Assembly (NCBI GenBank): GCA_035504755.1
Contig: DATJRM010000024.1
Coordinates: 765 to 64,764, forward strand
Length of the DNA stretch: 64,000 nt
Direction of reading: 5' to 3'
Source of the DNA: Candidatus Acidiferrales bacterium
GTDB lineage: Bacteria > Vulcanimicrobiota > Vulcanimicrobiia > Vulcanimicrobiales > Vulcanimicrobiaceae
Shown here: one piece after another, positions 44,689 through 54,531 of the stretch
Numbering within the stretch: position 1 is the stretch's first letter
Layout of the letters: every line of letters starts with the position of its first letter
The notes under the pieces: model-generated
Seen by the model: only the letters and a program-made list of their open reading frames with translations
Databases searched by the model: none
Told to the model about the DNA's origin: nothing
Translations under genes and position numbers: made by a program

Positions 44689-45045
44689 ATGGAAGCGACC
44701 GGCGATCCGCACGTCTTTTTGCCGCTCAGTCCGAGCGCGTTCTACATCATGCTCGTGCTCGCGGCCGAAGAGCGCCACGGTTACAGCATCGCAAAGGAGG
44801 TGGAGGAAGCGACGAACGGCACCGTACGCCTCGGCCCCGGCACGCTCTATCGTGTCATCAAACAGATGGTCACCGACGGGTGGATCATCGAGGTCGACCG
44901 CGTCGACTCCGGAGATCCGCGGCGGCGCTATTACCGCCTTACCTCGTGGGGGCGGCGCATCGCGCGCGCCGAGGCCTCGCGTATGGCCGACGCGGTGCGC
45001 ACCGCGATGGATCGGCGGTTGCTCTCCGCGAGCACGTTTGCATAG
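44689..45045 (+). CDS. PadR family transcriptional regulator (paralogue)
   Basis: It reads FYIMLVLAAEERHGYSIAKEV...GTLYRVIKQMVTDGWI...RRRYYRLTSWG. GGAGG lies upstream. Confidence 0.9.
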   Translation: MEATGDPHVFLPLSPSAFYIMLVLAAEERHGYSIAKEVEEATNGTVRLGPGTLYRVIKQMVTDGWIIEVDRVDSGDPRRRYYRLTSWGRRIARAEASRMADAVRTAMDRRLLSASTFA

Positions 45046-47616
45046 ATGAAGACGCTTGTGCGCCTAGCGCTGTTGCTCGCGCCGCGCGAGTTTCGCGATC
45101 ATTACGGTGCGCAGATCGATGCGTCTGCCGACGGCGACGTACGCGCAAGCGATGTCGTCGATCTCGCGCTCACCGGTCTACGGCTGCGGTCGGAAGATAT
45201 CGTTCGTGACGTTACGTATGCGTTTCGCCGCCTGAGCAAAGCGCCGCTCTTCGTCTCGATCGTCGTGCTGACGTTCGCGCTCGGCATCGGCGCCAACGTC
45301 GCGGTCTTCAGCGTGCTCAACGCGGTCGTGCTCAAGCCGTTGCCGTTCAAGAATCCCAACGGAATCGTCGTGATTTTCGATGGGGTTCGCGGCGGCGCCA
45401 AGGTGGCGGACAACCTCTCATTGGCCGACCCGCTCGACATGCGGTCGGTGCCGGCGTTCGCGGCAACGACCGCACTCGCCAGCGACGGCGGAACGATGCT
45501 CGCTCGGAATACGCCGTTCGCGGTCAGCGGTCTCGACGTGATCCCGGATTACTTCAATATCCTCGGTATCACGGCAGAACTCGGTCGCGTGCTCGCGCCC
45601 GCCGACGGCGATCCCGGCGTGCACAACATCGTGATTTCCGACGAGGTCTGGCGCTCGCATTTCAACGCCGACCCAAGCGTCATCGGCGATACCGTGCGCC
45701 TCAACGGCGTCCCCCAGCGCATCGTTGGCGTGCTCCGAGCCGGACAACCCGCGCTCGATCCCACCGGCTCGCTGAGATCGCAGGACTACTACGCCGCGCT
45801 GCCCGAGCGCGCCACGTTCGCGGATCGTGAGGAACGCTACTTGGCTGGATTCGCGCGTCTGGTGCCGGGGGCGAGTATCGCGAGCACGAACGCACGACTA
45901 GCGTTGCTCTCGGCGCGGCTCCAGAAGCTCTATCCGAAAATCGATCACGACCGTGTCTTCTCGATCGTGCCGGTACGGGACGAGTTGCTCGGCAGCGCGG
46001 CGTCCGTACTGTGGATCGTCTTCGCCGCGGTCGTGGGTATCTTGCTGATTGCCTGTGCGAACGTCGGCAATCTGCTCGGCGCCCGCTGGTCGACCCGCGA
46101 CCGTGAGCTTGCGGTGCGCAGTGCGCTCGGCGCGTCGTCGCGCCGGATCGGTACCCAGCTGCTGATCGAGGCCGGTGTTCTTGCGACGATCGGTGCCGCG
46201 GCCGGCGTCGCTCTCGCCTACGGCGCACTGCACGCGCTCGCCGGGCTTCTTGCAAATGCGCTGCCACGCGCCTCAACCGTGCACATCGACGGTGCGAGCC
46301 TACTCTATGCAATCGGCGCCGCGTTCGCGACGACGCTGCTGGCAGGCGCCACGCCGCTGCTCTCGCTCGCTCGTCCCGATTTGCAGAGCGTGCTCAAAGC
46401 GGCCGGTCGTGGAGGCGACGCGTCGGCGCATCACCGGCTGCGCTCGACGCTCGTTGTGCTCGAGATCGCGCTCGCGCTCGCGCTCGTCGTCGTCTCGGGC
46501 CTGACCGTGCGCAGTTTCGTCAATCTGATTAACACCCCGCTGGGGATTCGCCCGAATGGGGTGATCGCCAGTGGGCTGACGATGCTGCCGGAGAAGAACC
46601 TCGGTACGCTCGCCGCGCGCGCGGCGATGCAGCGCGACCTGCTCGCGCGGCTCCAGTCGCTCCCGGGCGTGCGCGCCGCAGCCTTGACGGCGCAGTACCC
46701 GCTGGGACCGATGACCAACCGCAGTAACGCGCCCGTTTTCGGACGTACCTATCCGATCGGCAGCGAGCCGCACGCAACGGCAAACAACGTCACATCGGAC
46801 TACTTCCGCGTACTCGGCATTTCGTTGCTGCGCGGACGTGTCTTCGATTCCGGTGATACGATGGGCTCCGCGCCGGTCGCCATCGTGAATGAGGCCTTCG
46901 CGCAACGCTATTTGCAAGGGATGAATCCCGTTGGCGTGCGCATCCTTAGCCAAGGTTGGAACGATACACCGACGGCCTGGGCGACAATCGTGGGCGTCGT
47001 CGGCGACGAACGCGACAACATCGCGCGACCGCCCTTCCCCGAGTTCTTCGTTCCGATGGCGCAAGGGCCGACAGCATATACCTCCGCGCTCGTCTACGCA
47101 CCGGACATCGACGCCGCGGTGATCGCGCGCGAGATGAAGGGCGCATTTGCCGGTGCCCTGCCGACGGTGCAGCCTCCCGACATGTATACGGTAGCTCAGC
47201 TCGTAGCGAACCACACTGCGCAAGAACGCTTCGCAACGATTCTTTTGACGACGTTGGCCTGCATTGCGCTCGTGCTCGCGCTCTCCGGCATCTTCGGTGT
47301 CGTCTCGTTCTCGGTGACGCAGCGCTCGCGTGAGTTCGGCGTGCGCATGGCGCTGGGGGCGACCGAACCCGCAGTGGTCGCTGACGTGCTGCGCCGCACG
47401 CTGGTAACGACGGCGGCCGGCGTTGCGATCGGCCTCATCATTGCGGCGCTCGCTGCGCACGCGATCGCGTCGCAGCTCGGATCGGTCTCGCCCTTTGATC
47501 CGATGACCTTCGGTATCGTCGTCCTGCTGATCTTCTGCTCGGCGGTGCTGGCGTCGCTGTATCCCGCGCTGCGCGCGACGCGCGTGCAGCCCGTTGAGGC
47601 GTTGAGGTACGAATGA
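45046..47616 (+). CDS. ADOP-type duplicated FtsX/MacB-like efflux permease (paralogue)
   Basis: It is 856 aa with the same architecture as 42029..44632. The ATG directly follows the padR stop. Confidence 0.9.
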   Translation: MKTLVRLALLLAPREFRDHYGAQIDASADGDVRASDVVDLALTGLRLRSEDIVRDVTYAFRRLSKAPLFVSIVVLTFALGIGANVAVFSVLNAVVLKPLPFKNPNGIVVIFDGVRGGAKVADNLSLADPLDMRSVPAFAATTALASDGGTMLARNTPFAVSGLDVIPDYFNILGITAELGRVLAPADGDPGVHNIVISDEVWRSHFNADPSVIGDTVRLNGVPQRIVGVLRAGQPALDPTGSLRSQDYYAALPERATFADREERYLAGFARLVPGASIASTNARLALLSARLQKLYPKIDHDRVFSIVPVRDELLGSAASVLWIVFAAVVGILLIACANVGNLLGARWSTRDRELAVRSALGASSRRIGTQLLIEAGVLATIGAAAGVALAYGALHALAGLLANALPRASTVHIDGASLLYAIGAAFATTLLAGATPLLSLARPDLQSVLKAAGRGGDASAHHRLRSTLVVLEIALALALVVVSGLTVRSFVNLINTPLGIRPNGVIASGLTMLPEKNLGTLAARAAMQRDLLARLQSLPGVRAAALTAQYPLGPMTNRSNAPVFGRTYPIGSEPHATANNVTSDYFRVLGISLLRGRVFDSGDTMGSAPVAIVNEAFAQRYLQGMNPVGVRILSQGWNDTPTAWATIVGVVGDERDNIARPPFPEFFVPMAQGPTAYTSALVYAPDIDAAVIAREMKGAFAGALPTVQPPDMYTVAQLVANHTAQERFATILLTTLACIALVLALSGIFGVVSFSVTQRSREFGVRMALGATEPAVVADVLRRTLVTTAAGVAIGLIIAALAAHAIASQLGSVSPFDPMTFGIVVLLIFCSAVLASLYPALRATRVQPVEALRYE

Positions 47617-48890
47617 GACCGGTGTCCGTCAACAACATGGACGTCGTTCGCGCCAAACCGCGCGGGCTGCCACGTGGCGTCGGCGTGGCGCTGGGCGTCG
47701 CGTTGCTGATCGCAGCCGCCGCGGTTGCGCTGATCTCGCTCACCCGCACCGGCGGCGGAATCTCGGTCGATCGCGCGAGCGTCGTGACCGACGTCGCGAA
47801 GCGTGGCACGCTCGCACGTTCGATCGAGGCTTCCGGTGCGCTCGCGCCGCAGGAAGTGCACATCGTCGCCGCCGTGGAGCCGGGCATCGTGGAGAGCGTT
47901 TTGGTCAAGCCGGGGACCAGCGTCGCCGCGCAGACGCCGATCGCACGCATGACCAATCCCGATCTCGATGCGGCGGTCGTTGCGGCGCGCTCGGCGGTCG
48001 ACGTCGCGCAGGCGAATCTCCTGAGCACCGTCCAGCAAGCCAAGGCGTCGGCACTCGCGCAGCGGTCCGCCTACGTCTCGGCGCACGCGCAAGCCGAGAT
48101 GGACACGACCAATGTCGCCGGCGACGCCGAACTGGCCCGCGAGGGTTACATCGCCGAGCAAACGTATCGCATCGCAAAGATCAAAGCAACGCAGTCGCAG
48201 GCGCAACTCGGTGTTGCGCATTCGCAAATCGGTGTCGACGCCGCCGAGCAGAATGCGAAGGTCGCCGCAGCCCAAGCCCAGCTCGCCCAGGCGCAGGCGC
48301 AACTCGCGGCAACGCAAGCCGAGGTCGCCGCGCTCGTGGTGCGGGCTCGCTCGGACGGAATCGTACAATCGGTTGCGGTCGATCCGGGGGCGCGCGCCGA
48401 CATCGGAACCGAGCTTGCGCGCGTTGCGGATCAGCACGATCTCAAAGCCGTGTTGCAGGTACCGGAGGGTCAGGTGCACGCGGTGAACATCGGCATGCCC
48501 GTGCGCGTCGATACGGGTAACGGCGTCGTCACCGGTCGCGTCGCGAGGATCGCGCCGTCGGCGCAAGACGGCAGCGTCGCCGTCGACGTCGGCTTTGAAA
48601 GCGCGCTACCGCCCGGTGCCCGCCCCGACCTCAACGTCGACGGCACGATCGACCTGCAGACGCTACGCAACGTGCTCTCGATCGCGCGTCCTGCGGGCGC
48701 CGCCGACGACTCGACCGTCACGCTCTACGAGGTCGATCCACGCACCTCGCAGGCGCGAGCGGTTCAGGTTCGCCTCGGCGTCGGCTCGACCGATCGCATC
48801 GAGGTCCTCTCCGGTCTCGACGCCGGCGACGTGGTCATCGTTTCCGACACCTCGGCGTACGCCGGTGCGCCGCTCTTACGGTTACGTTAG
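47613..48890 (+). CDS. efflux periplasmic adaptor / membrane fusion protein (HlyD/MacA-like)
   Basis: It has an N-terminal TM anchor, a long Ala/Gln-rich coiled-coil hairpin, and lipoyl and beta-barrel segments. Its start overlaps the permease stop (ATGA). Confidence 0.85.
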   Translation: MRPVSVNNMDVVRAKPRGLPRGVGVALGVALLIAAAAVALISLTRTGGGISVDRASVVTDVAKRGTLARSIEASGALAPQEVHIVAAVEPGIVESVLVKPGTSVAAQTPIARMTNPDLDAAVVAARSAVDVAQANLLSTVQQAKASALAQRSAYVSAHAQAEMDTTNVAGDAELAREGYIAEQTYRIAKIKATQSQAQLGVAHSQIGVDAAEQNAKVAAAQAQLAQAQAQLAATQAEVAALVVRARSDGIVQSVAVDPGARADIGTELARVADQHDLKAVLQVPEGQVHAVNIGMPVRVDTGNGVVTGRVARIAPSAQDGSVAVDVGFESALPPGARPDLNVDGTIDLQTLRNVLSIARPAGAADDSTVTLYEVDPRTSQARAVQVRLGVGSTDRIEVLSGLDAGDVVIVSDTSAYAGAPLLRLR

Positions 48891-48901
48891 AAAGGGAATC
48901 C

Positions 48902-49594
48902 ATGCTGCTCGAACTGCACGCCATCTGCAAGAACTACCACACCGACGAAGTCGAGACACGTGCCCTGCGCGACGTCGAGCTCGGCATCGAACGCGGCGAG
49001 TACGTGGCGATCGAAGGACCGTCGGGGTGCGGAAAATCGACCTTGCTCTCGATCATCGGCTTGCTGGATGCGCCGACGAGCGGCTCGTACGTGCTCAATG
49101 GCCGCGCCGTCGATGCGCTCTCGGCCGGAGAACGGGCGGCCATCCGAAACCGCGAGATCGGGTTCATCTTTCAAAACTTCAATCTCATCGGCGATCTGAC
49201 GGTCGCGGAAAACGTTGAGTTACCGCTGACGTATCGCGGCGTTTCGAAAGCCGAACGCCGCCGCCGCGTCGGTGAAGTTTTGGACCGCGTGAACGTCGCC
49301 CACCGCGCGCGCCACTATCCGGCGCAGCTTTCCGGCGGTCAGCAGCAGCGCGTTGCCGTGGCGCGAGCGCTTGCCGGCAATCCCTCGGTGTTGCTCGCCG
49401 ACGAACCGACGGGGAATCTCGATACCGCTCACGGCGAGGCGGTAATGGAGCTGCTGTCCGAGTTGCACGAGGGCGGTTCGACGATCGTGATGGTCACGCA
49501 CGATCGTCGCTTTGCGACCTATGCCAACCGCACCGTCGGATTGCTCGACGGCACGCTCGTTATGCCAACGCAGCTTGCGGAGGTGCGCCTCTAG
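48902..49594 (+). CDS. ABC transporter ATP-binding protein (MacB/LolD-type, stand-alone)
   Basis: It has Walker A GPSGCGKSTLL, the Q-loop, signature LSGGQQQRVAVARAL, Walker B LLADEPTGNLD and the H-loop VTHD. Confidence 0.95.
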   Translation: MLLELHAICKNYHTDEVETRALRDVELGIERGEYVAIEGPSGCGKSTLLSIIGLLDAPTSGSYVLNGRAVDALSAGERAAIRNREIGFIFQNFNLIGDLTVAENVELPLTYRGVSKAERRRRVGEVLDRVNVAHRARHYPAQLSGGQQQRVAVARALAGNPSVLLADEPTGNLDTAHGEAVMELLSELHEGGSTIVMVTHDRRFATYANRTVGLLDGTLVMPTQLAEVRL

Positions 49595-50606
49595 CCCCGG
49601 CTTCGCGCATCGTCCACGCCGCTTGCTGATACGCGAGGGTGCTTTCGGCACCCATGTTCCGGTTGAGCCGCCGCGGCCCGTCGATCCCGTCGAAGCACCC
49701 GCCGGTCGTAACGTCGGCAACCGCGAGGCTCTCGCGGTTGCGGCCGAGGAACCATTCATAGGCTACGCGAGCGCGCGCGACGTCGCCTAGCGCGAGCCAC
49801 GCATCGACCATCGCCAGCGCTTCGAGCGGCTGCTCGGCGTAATGGGAACGTTCGCCGCCGCGCGGATACCATGACGGGGCGCCGATCGGCTCGAACCGTT
49901 CGCATGGTTGCACGACCGAGGCCAGAAAGTCCAGCATGCGGCACCCGTTCTCGATGAACGTTTCGTCTGCGAGCACGGCGCCCGCACGCAGCAAAGCCTC
50001 GGGCAGCCGCGCGTTGTCATACGTCATCTCGGGCAGCGGCCATATCCAGTTCTCGGCCGCATTGCGCTCGAATTCGAAGTTCATCGCTTCGGCTACCGCG
50101 CGCAGCGCCGGCCGGTATTCTTGCGCCCCGCCTTCGATTGCGGCGGCGAAACCGAGTGCGGCAAAAGCGCGGGCATGCTCCGATGAGAGGGCCGGCAGCG
50201 CCTGCATCACGCGACCCATCTCGAAGTTTGCGACGCTACGCCACGTAGGGTCCTCAGAGTCGCGCATGACGTACCCGAGCGCGCGGATGAGGCGTCCGAT
50301 GGACTCCGGTGAGGCAAAGCGATCGGTGAAAATTCCGCGCTTGTCCATCATATTGTGATACACCGGCGCTTCGTAGGCCGCGTCCGAGATGAAATCAAAG
50401 ACCCGGTTTACCGCTTCCCTTGCAAACGCGTCGGCCGGATCGTTTCGCAGCATCGTGATCGCGAGCACCAGCAGGCGCACGTTGTCGTCGAGACAGAAGC
50501 CCGACTCGAGGTCGGGCTCGTCTCCCTTGGCGAACTGGACGATACCGTGATCTCCGCACAGACGAACGAGATAGTCCGTGCGGGGTACATCTTCTAGCGC
50601 AAGCAT
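49560..50606 (-). CDS. hypothetical protein, possibly (alpha/alpha)-toroid glycosidase-like fold
   Basis: I trimmed the ORF to ATG 50606 (MLALEDV). The upstream part of the 49560..51080 ORF overlaps the gdh 3' end out of frame. HGIVQFAKGDEPDLESGFCLDDNVRLLV resembles a domain I recall at the C-terminus of some glycosyltransferases. Confidence in the family is low. Confidence 0.4.
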   Translation of the reverse strand: MLALEDVPRTDYLVRLCGDHGIVQFAKGDEPDLESGFCLDDNVRLLVLAITMLRNDPADAFAREAVNRVFDFISDAAYEAPVYHNMMDKRGIFTDRFASPESIGRLIRALGYVMRDSEDPTWRSVANFEMGRVMQALPALSSEHARAFAALGFAAAIEGGAQEYRPALRAVAEAMNFEFERNAAENWIWPLPEMTYDNARLPEALLRAGAVLADETFIENGCRMLDFLASVVQPCERFEPIGAPSWYPRGGERSHYAEQPLEALAMVDAWLALGDVARARVAYEWFLGRNRESLAVADVTTGGCFDGIDGPRRLNRNMGAESTLAYQQAAWTMREAGARGAPPQAALA

Positions 50607-50682
50607 GTCTGCCTCGTTCCCAGCTCCTTCCCCGGCCGAAACACCGACGGAGGCAAGCGGGCGAGCCGATGCCGCGTTTGCG

Positions 50683-51960
50683 CTAGGGGTACACGCCTCG
50701 CAACTTCGTTGCTTCTGCAACACGATCCACGGCGACCGCGTAGGCACCTTTGCGCATGGTGGTCTTGTATCGTCGCGATTGTTCGTGAACTTCGCGGAAC
50801 GCGCGCTGCATTTTACGCCGCAGACGCTCGTTGATGGCGTCCTCCTCCCAGAACGTCTCCTGAAGGTCTTGCACCCACTCGAAATAGGAGACGGTGACGC
50901 CTCCGGCGTTGGCGAGAATGTCGGGAAGCACCATAACGTCGCGATCGAACAGGATCTCGTCGGCTTCGGGCAACGTGGGACCGTTTGCGGCTTCGGCGAC
51001 GATCTTGGCTCGAATGCGCGGCGCGTTTTCCGCCGTGATGACCTTTTCGAGCGCGGCCGGGACGAGCACGTCGCAATCATACTCGAGCACGTCTTTGTTG
51101 GTCAGGCGGTCCGCGCCGGCGAAACCGGCGACGGAACCGGTCTCCTGCTTGTGTGCGATGAGTCCGTTGACGTCGAGTCCCTTCGGGTTCGCAACACCGC
51201 CGCGTGAATCCGAGACGGCGACGATGCGATAGCCGTGGCGACTCATGAGTTCCGCTGCGTTGAGTCCGGCGTTGCCGAACCCTTGTATCGCGACGCGCGT
51301 TCCTTCGATCTTGCGGTCGAGCACGCGCATCGCTTCATCGACCACGTACAGGCATCCGCGCGCGGTCGCGCGGTCGCGCCCGAGCGACCCGCCGATTGCA
51401 ATCGGCTTTCCCGTGACCACACCGGGAATCGAATAGCCGTGCTGCATGGAGAACGTGTCCATGATCCACGCCATGACTTGCGGCGTCGTGTACACATCGG
51501 GCGCGGGAATATCTTTCTCGGGGCCGATGATGATCGAGATTTCGGTCGTGAACCGCCGGGTGAGATTCTCGAGTTCCTGGGTCGACATCGCTTTGGGATC
51601 GCAGATCACGCCGCCCTTCGCGCCGCCGAACGGAATGTTCACGAGCGCGCACTTCCACGTCATCCACATCGCGAGCGCCTTGACTTCGTCGAGTGTGACG
51701 TCGGGATGAAAACGAATGCCGCCTTTACCGGGACCGCGCGCCATGTTGTGCTGCACGCGATAACCCGTGAAACAGCGAAATGCGTTGTTGTCGAGCTTTA
51801 CCGGTACGGAGACTTCGAGCACGCGCTTGGGAACGCGCAAGAATTGGTGGATCGCATCGCTCAGGCCGATCAAACGGGCAACTTCGTCGAGTTGCCGCTG
51901 TGCCATCTCCCAAACGTTATCGGGGGAAGCCGCGGCGGAGCGGTCAACGGAAATACTCAT
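50683..51960 (-). CDS. gdhA: glutamate dehydrogenase (Glu/Leu/Phe/Val dehydrogenase family)
   Basis: I trimmed the ORF to ATG 51960 (MSISVDR). It has RGPGKGGIRFH, the catalytic K in FGGAKGG and a Rossmann fold GFGNAG. Confidence 0.9.
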   Translation of the reverse strand: MSISVDRSAAASPDNVWEMAQRQLDEVARLIGLSDAIHQFLRVPKRVLEVSVPVKLDNNAFRCFTGYRVQHNMARGPGKGGIRFHPDVTLDEVKALAMWMTWKCALVNIPFGGAKGGVICDPKAMSTQELENLTRRFTTEISIIIGPEKDIPAPDVYTTPQVMAWIMDTFSMQHGYSIPGVVTGKPIAIGGSLGRDRATARGCLYVVDEAMRVLDRKIEGTRVAIQGFGNAGLNAAELMSRHGYRIVAVSDSRGGVANPKGLDVNGLIAHKQETGSVAGFAGADRLTNKDVLEYDCDVLVPAALEKVITAENAPRIRAKIVAEAANGPTLPEADEILFDRDVMVLPDILANAGGVTVSYFEWVQDLQETFWEEDAINERLRRKMQRAFREVHEQSRRYKTTMRKGAYAVAVDRVAEATKLRGVYP

Positions 51961-52014
51961 GCGGGTCTCGTACAACGGCAGGCTTCCGCAACCCTCGCCT
52001 ACGATAGTGCTTCG

Positions 52015-53367
52015 ATGAAGCCGGTTTTGATACGCGGCGTCGGACTGCGCGGCGCGGTGGCGGTGAACGTCATCGCGATGATCGGCATCGGGCCGTTGAT
52101 TACGATTCCGCTTGTGCTTGGTGCCTTGCACGGTCCGCTCTCGCTTATCGGGTGGTTTCTCGGGGCGCTGCTTGCACTTTGCGACGGCTTGGTCTGGGCT
52201 GAGCTCGGCTCGGCCTATCCCGGCTCCGGTGGAACGTACGGATACTTGATCGCCGTCTTCGGCCGCATGCGAATCGGAACGTTGCCGGCCTTTCTCTTCG
52301 TGTGGGAAACGATGTTCATCGTGCCGTTGACGCTTGCGAGCGGTTATATCGGATTCGCGAACTACGCGGGCTACTTGATTCCGGCTCTCGAGCGCGTCCG
52401 CTACGGATTGACGTACGTCGCCGTGGCGGTTGGGATCGTGACCATCGTTGCCTTGTATCGTGGGATCAAAGCGATCGAGCGCACCAGCGTCGCGCTCGCA
52501 TGTGCGTCGATCTTGACCCTGCTCTGCGTCATCGTTGCGTCGTTCGCGCACTGGTCCGCGCATGTCGCAGCGGCCCTCGGGCCGGGCGACTCATTTTGGG
52601 GCGGTCTGCGGGCCGGACTCGGGCAAGCGCTGATCATCGCGATGTACGACTATCTCGGCTACAACGCAGCCAACAGCCTGGGCGACGAAGTGGTCGAGCC
52701 GCGGCGAACCTTGCCGCGTTCGATCCTGATCGCCATCGTGCTGGTCGCGGCCCTTTACATCACGCTACAATCGGGAATCTTGGGAGCACTCCCTTGGCAG
52801 CAGTTCGTTCCGCTCCCCGGCGGATCGCTGCCGCCGCTCGGTCAGCACGTGGCATCCGCCGTCGTCGAGCGCTCCTTCGGAGCATCGGCGGCGATCGCGG
52901 TAACCGCGCTCATTTTGATCACGGCGTTTGCCTCGGTCTACGGCGTCCTGCTCAACGCCTCGCGCGTTCCGTACGCCGCGGCGCGCGACGGGAATTTTCT
53001 GCGGCCGTTCGCGCACGTCCACGAACGCCATCGTTTTCCGGACGTTTCGCTCGTTGTCATGGGCGTCATTGCGCTGATCGCGTGCCTTTTTACCCTCGAT
53101 CAAGTGATAAGCGCGCTGACCGCCGCCATCGTGCTCGTGCAATCGGTGGCGCAGATCGTTGCGCTTTTCGTGATGCGCGCGCAAGGCCTACGCGCTCCGT
53201 ACCGCATGTGGCTCTACCCGCTACCGGCGCTGGTCGCGCTCGCGGGATGGATCTATATTTTTTGCAGCGCGGGGAGGCCGGCGATTCTCTTTGGGTTGCT
53301 TAGCGTCGCCGCCGGCGCCGCTGTTTACTTCGTCAGCGCCGCGATGCGTTTACCCAAGCTCGGATGA
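52015..53367 (+). CDS. APC-superfamily amino acid permease
   Basis: I trimmed the ORF to ATG 52015 (MKPVLIRG). It has 12 TM-type hydrophobic segments and AELGSAYPGSGGTYGY. Confidence 0.85.
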   Translation: MKPVLIRGVGLRGAVAVNVIAMIGIGPLITIPLVLGALHGPLSLIGWFLGALLALCDGLVWAELGSAYPGSGGTYGYLIAVFGRMRIGTLPAFLFVWETMFIVPLTLASGYIGFANYAGYLIPALERVRYGLTYVAVAVGIVTIVALYRGIKAIERTSVALACASILTLLCVIVASFAHWSAHVAAALGPGDSFWGGLRAGLGQALIIAMYDYLGYNAANSLGDEVVEPRRTLPRSILIAIVLVAALYITLQSGILGALPWQQFVPLPGGSLPPLGQHVASAVVERSFGASAAIAVTALILITAFASVYGVLLNASRVPYAAARDGNFLRPFAHVHERHRFPDVSLVVMGVIALIACLFTLDQVISALTAAIVLVQSVAQIVALFVMRAQGLRAPYRMWLYPLPALVALAGWIYIFCSAGRPAILFGLLSVAAGAAVYFVSAAMRLPKLG

Positions 53368-54485
53368 GAGGCGAAGAGCACCTCGTACCACGTGGGCGGT
53401 TCCTCTTCGGCCAAGTTTTGATCCCGCAGCCGGCGGAACGCGGCCGCGCCGCTGCGCGCATCGCCGGTCGTCGCGAGCGCGAAGCGATCGGCCGCCCATT
53501 CGCGAGAACGCGAGTATGCGTTGATCCCCGGACGAGCAAGGAGCATGCCCGCCGCAAGCCATGCGGTGATGCGCAGCAGTAAGAGGCTATCGCGCGACCG
53601 CTCGCGGCGCAATCCCAGTGCCACCACAGCGAGTAACGTCGCCGTGACACCTTCGGCCAGCGCGATCATGCGCCACGTGTCGCGCGAGACGTAATGTCCG
53701 AGTTCGTGCGCCACCACGAATTCGATCTCGCCGGGCTGGAAGGCGTCGATCAGCGTGTCGCCGAGGACGATGCGATGCGTCTTGCCGATGCCGGCGACGA
53801 AGGCATTGGCCTTTTTTGTTTGCCGGCTCATGTCCATGCGCAGTATCTCCGCGTCACCCACGTCGAACCGCGACGCGAGCGCGCGCAATCGCTCCTCGAG
53901 CGGTCCGCGCAGCGGCTCGAACCGGTTGAAGAGCGGCAAGACGTAGATCGGGACGACGAGATTCGCCAAAATGAACAGCGGCAGCATGCCCAGCGACGCG
54001 ACGAGCGGCCACGCGCGCCGAAAGCGGCGAATCGCGATTCCTCCCAAGAGACCAAGGCCGCCTGCGACGATCGCCGCGATTGCGGAACTCTTGGCCCAAT
54101 CGGCGAGGAATGCGCGCGGCGTCTGTTCGGTGAGGCCGTAGCGCCTTTCGATGGCATACTCTTCGACGAACGAGACGGGGAGTTCGAAAACGCTCGACAC
54201 GAATGCGAGCGCACCGAAGAATGCACCGGGCCGTAACCAAACGGGCAGTGATTCAACGCTTCGCTCGAGACGTGGCGCCAGCGGTCCATACGCAAAGGCA
54301 AGCGTGGCGAGCGTCGAGCGCAACGTGCCGGCGACGGCGAGCGCACGCCGCGTCCGTCCGTATGCCGCCGAATCGTTCGACGACGCGCGCAGCGCTTCGC
54401 GCCGTAACGCCGCTGCTTGGAGGGCGCGAACCGCGACGTAGCCGGCGCTTGCACCCGCTATGACGGCGATGACGAACTTCCGCAC
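53325..54485 (-). CDS. M48 family zinc metalloprotease (Ste24/HtpX-like)
   Basis: It has N-terminal TM helices, HExxH in VAHELGHY and a C-terminal ...ASHPSLGKRI. Confidence 0.9.
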   Translation of the reverse strand: MRKFVIAVIAGASAGYVAVRALQAAALRREALRASSNDSAAYGRTRRALAVAGTLRSTLATLAFAYGPLAPRLERSVESLPVWLRPGAFFGALAFVSSVFELPVSFVEEYAIERRYGLTEQTPRAFLADWAKSSAIAAIVAGGLGLLGGIAIRRFRRAWPLVASLGMLPLFILANLVVPIYVLPLFNRFEPLRGPLEERLRALASRFDVGDAEILRMDMSRQTKKANAFVAGIGKTHRIVLGDTLIDAFQPGEIEFVVAHELGHYVSRDTWRMIALAEGVTATLLAVVALGLRRERSRDSLLLLRITAWLAAGMLLARPGINAYSRSREWAADRFALATTGDARSGAAAFRRLRDQNLAEEEPPTWYEVLFASHPSLGKRIAALTK

Positions 54486-54531
54486 GCGCGGTCCTTCGAG
54501 GCTCCCCTGCCAGAAGCCTCAGGGTCGCGCC

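Noticed and set aside
50683-52563. Very long N-terminal extensions of real genes as listed in the track: 7966, 20447, 27623, 29300, 32132..33049, 32572..33732, 33096..34763, 49560..51080, 50683..52563, 51235..53367, 26662..27873 and 37327..38667.
   Set aside because: The extensions have junk-like composition, overlap neighbouring genes, and precede internal starts where family homology begins (for example MSISVDR for gdh and MKPVLIRG for the permease). I trimmed the 5' ends accordingly.
54486-54531. GAGGCT...AGCCTC hairpin between the redoxin and M48 genes as a terminator
   Set aside because: The stem is only 6 bp and no T-run follows on the minus strand, so the evidence is insufficient.
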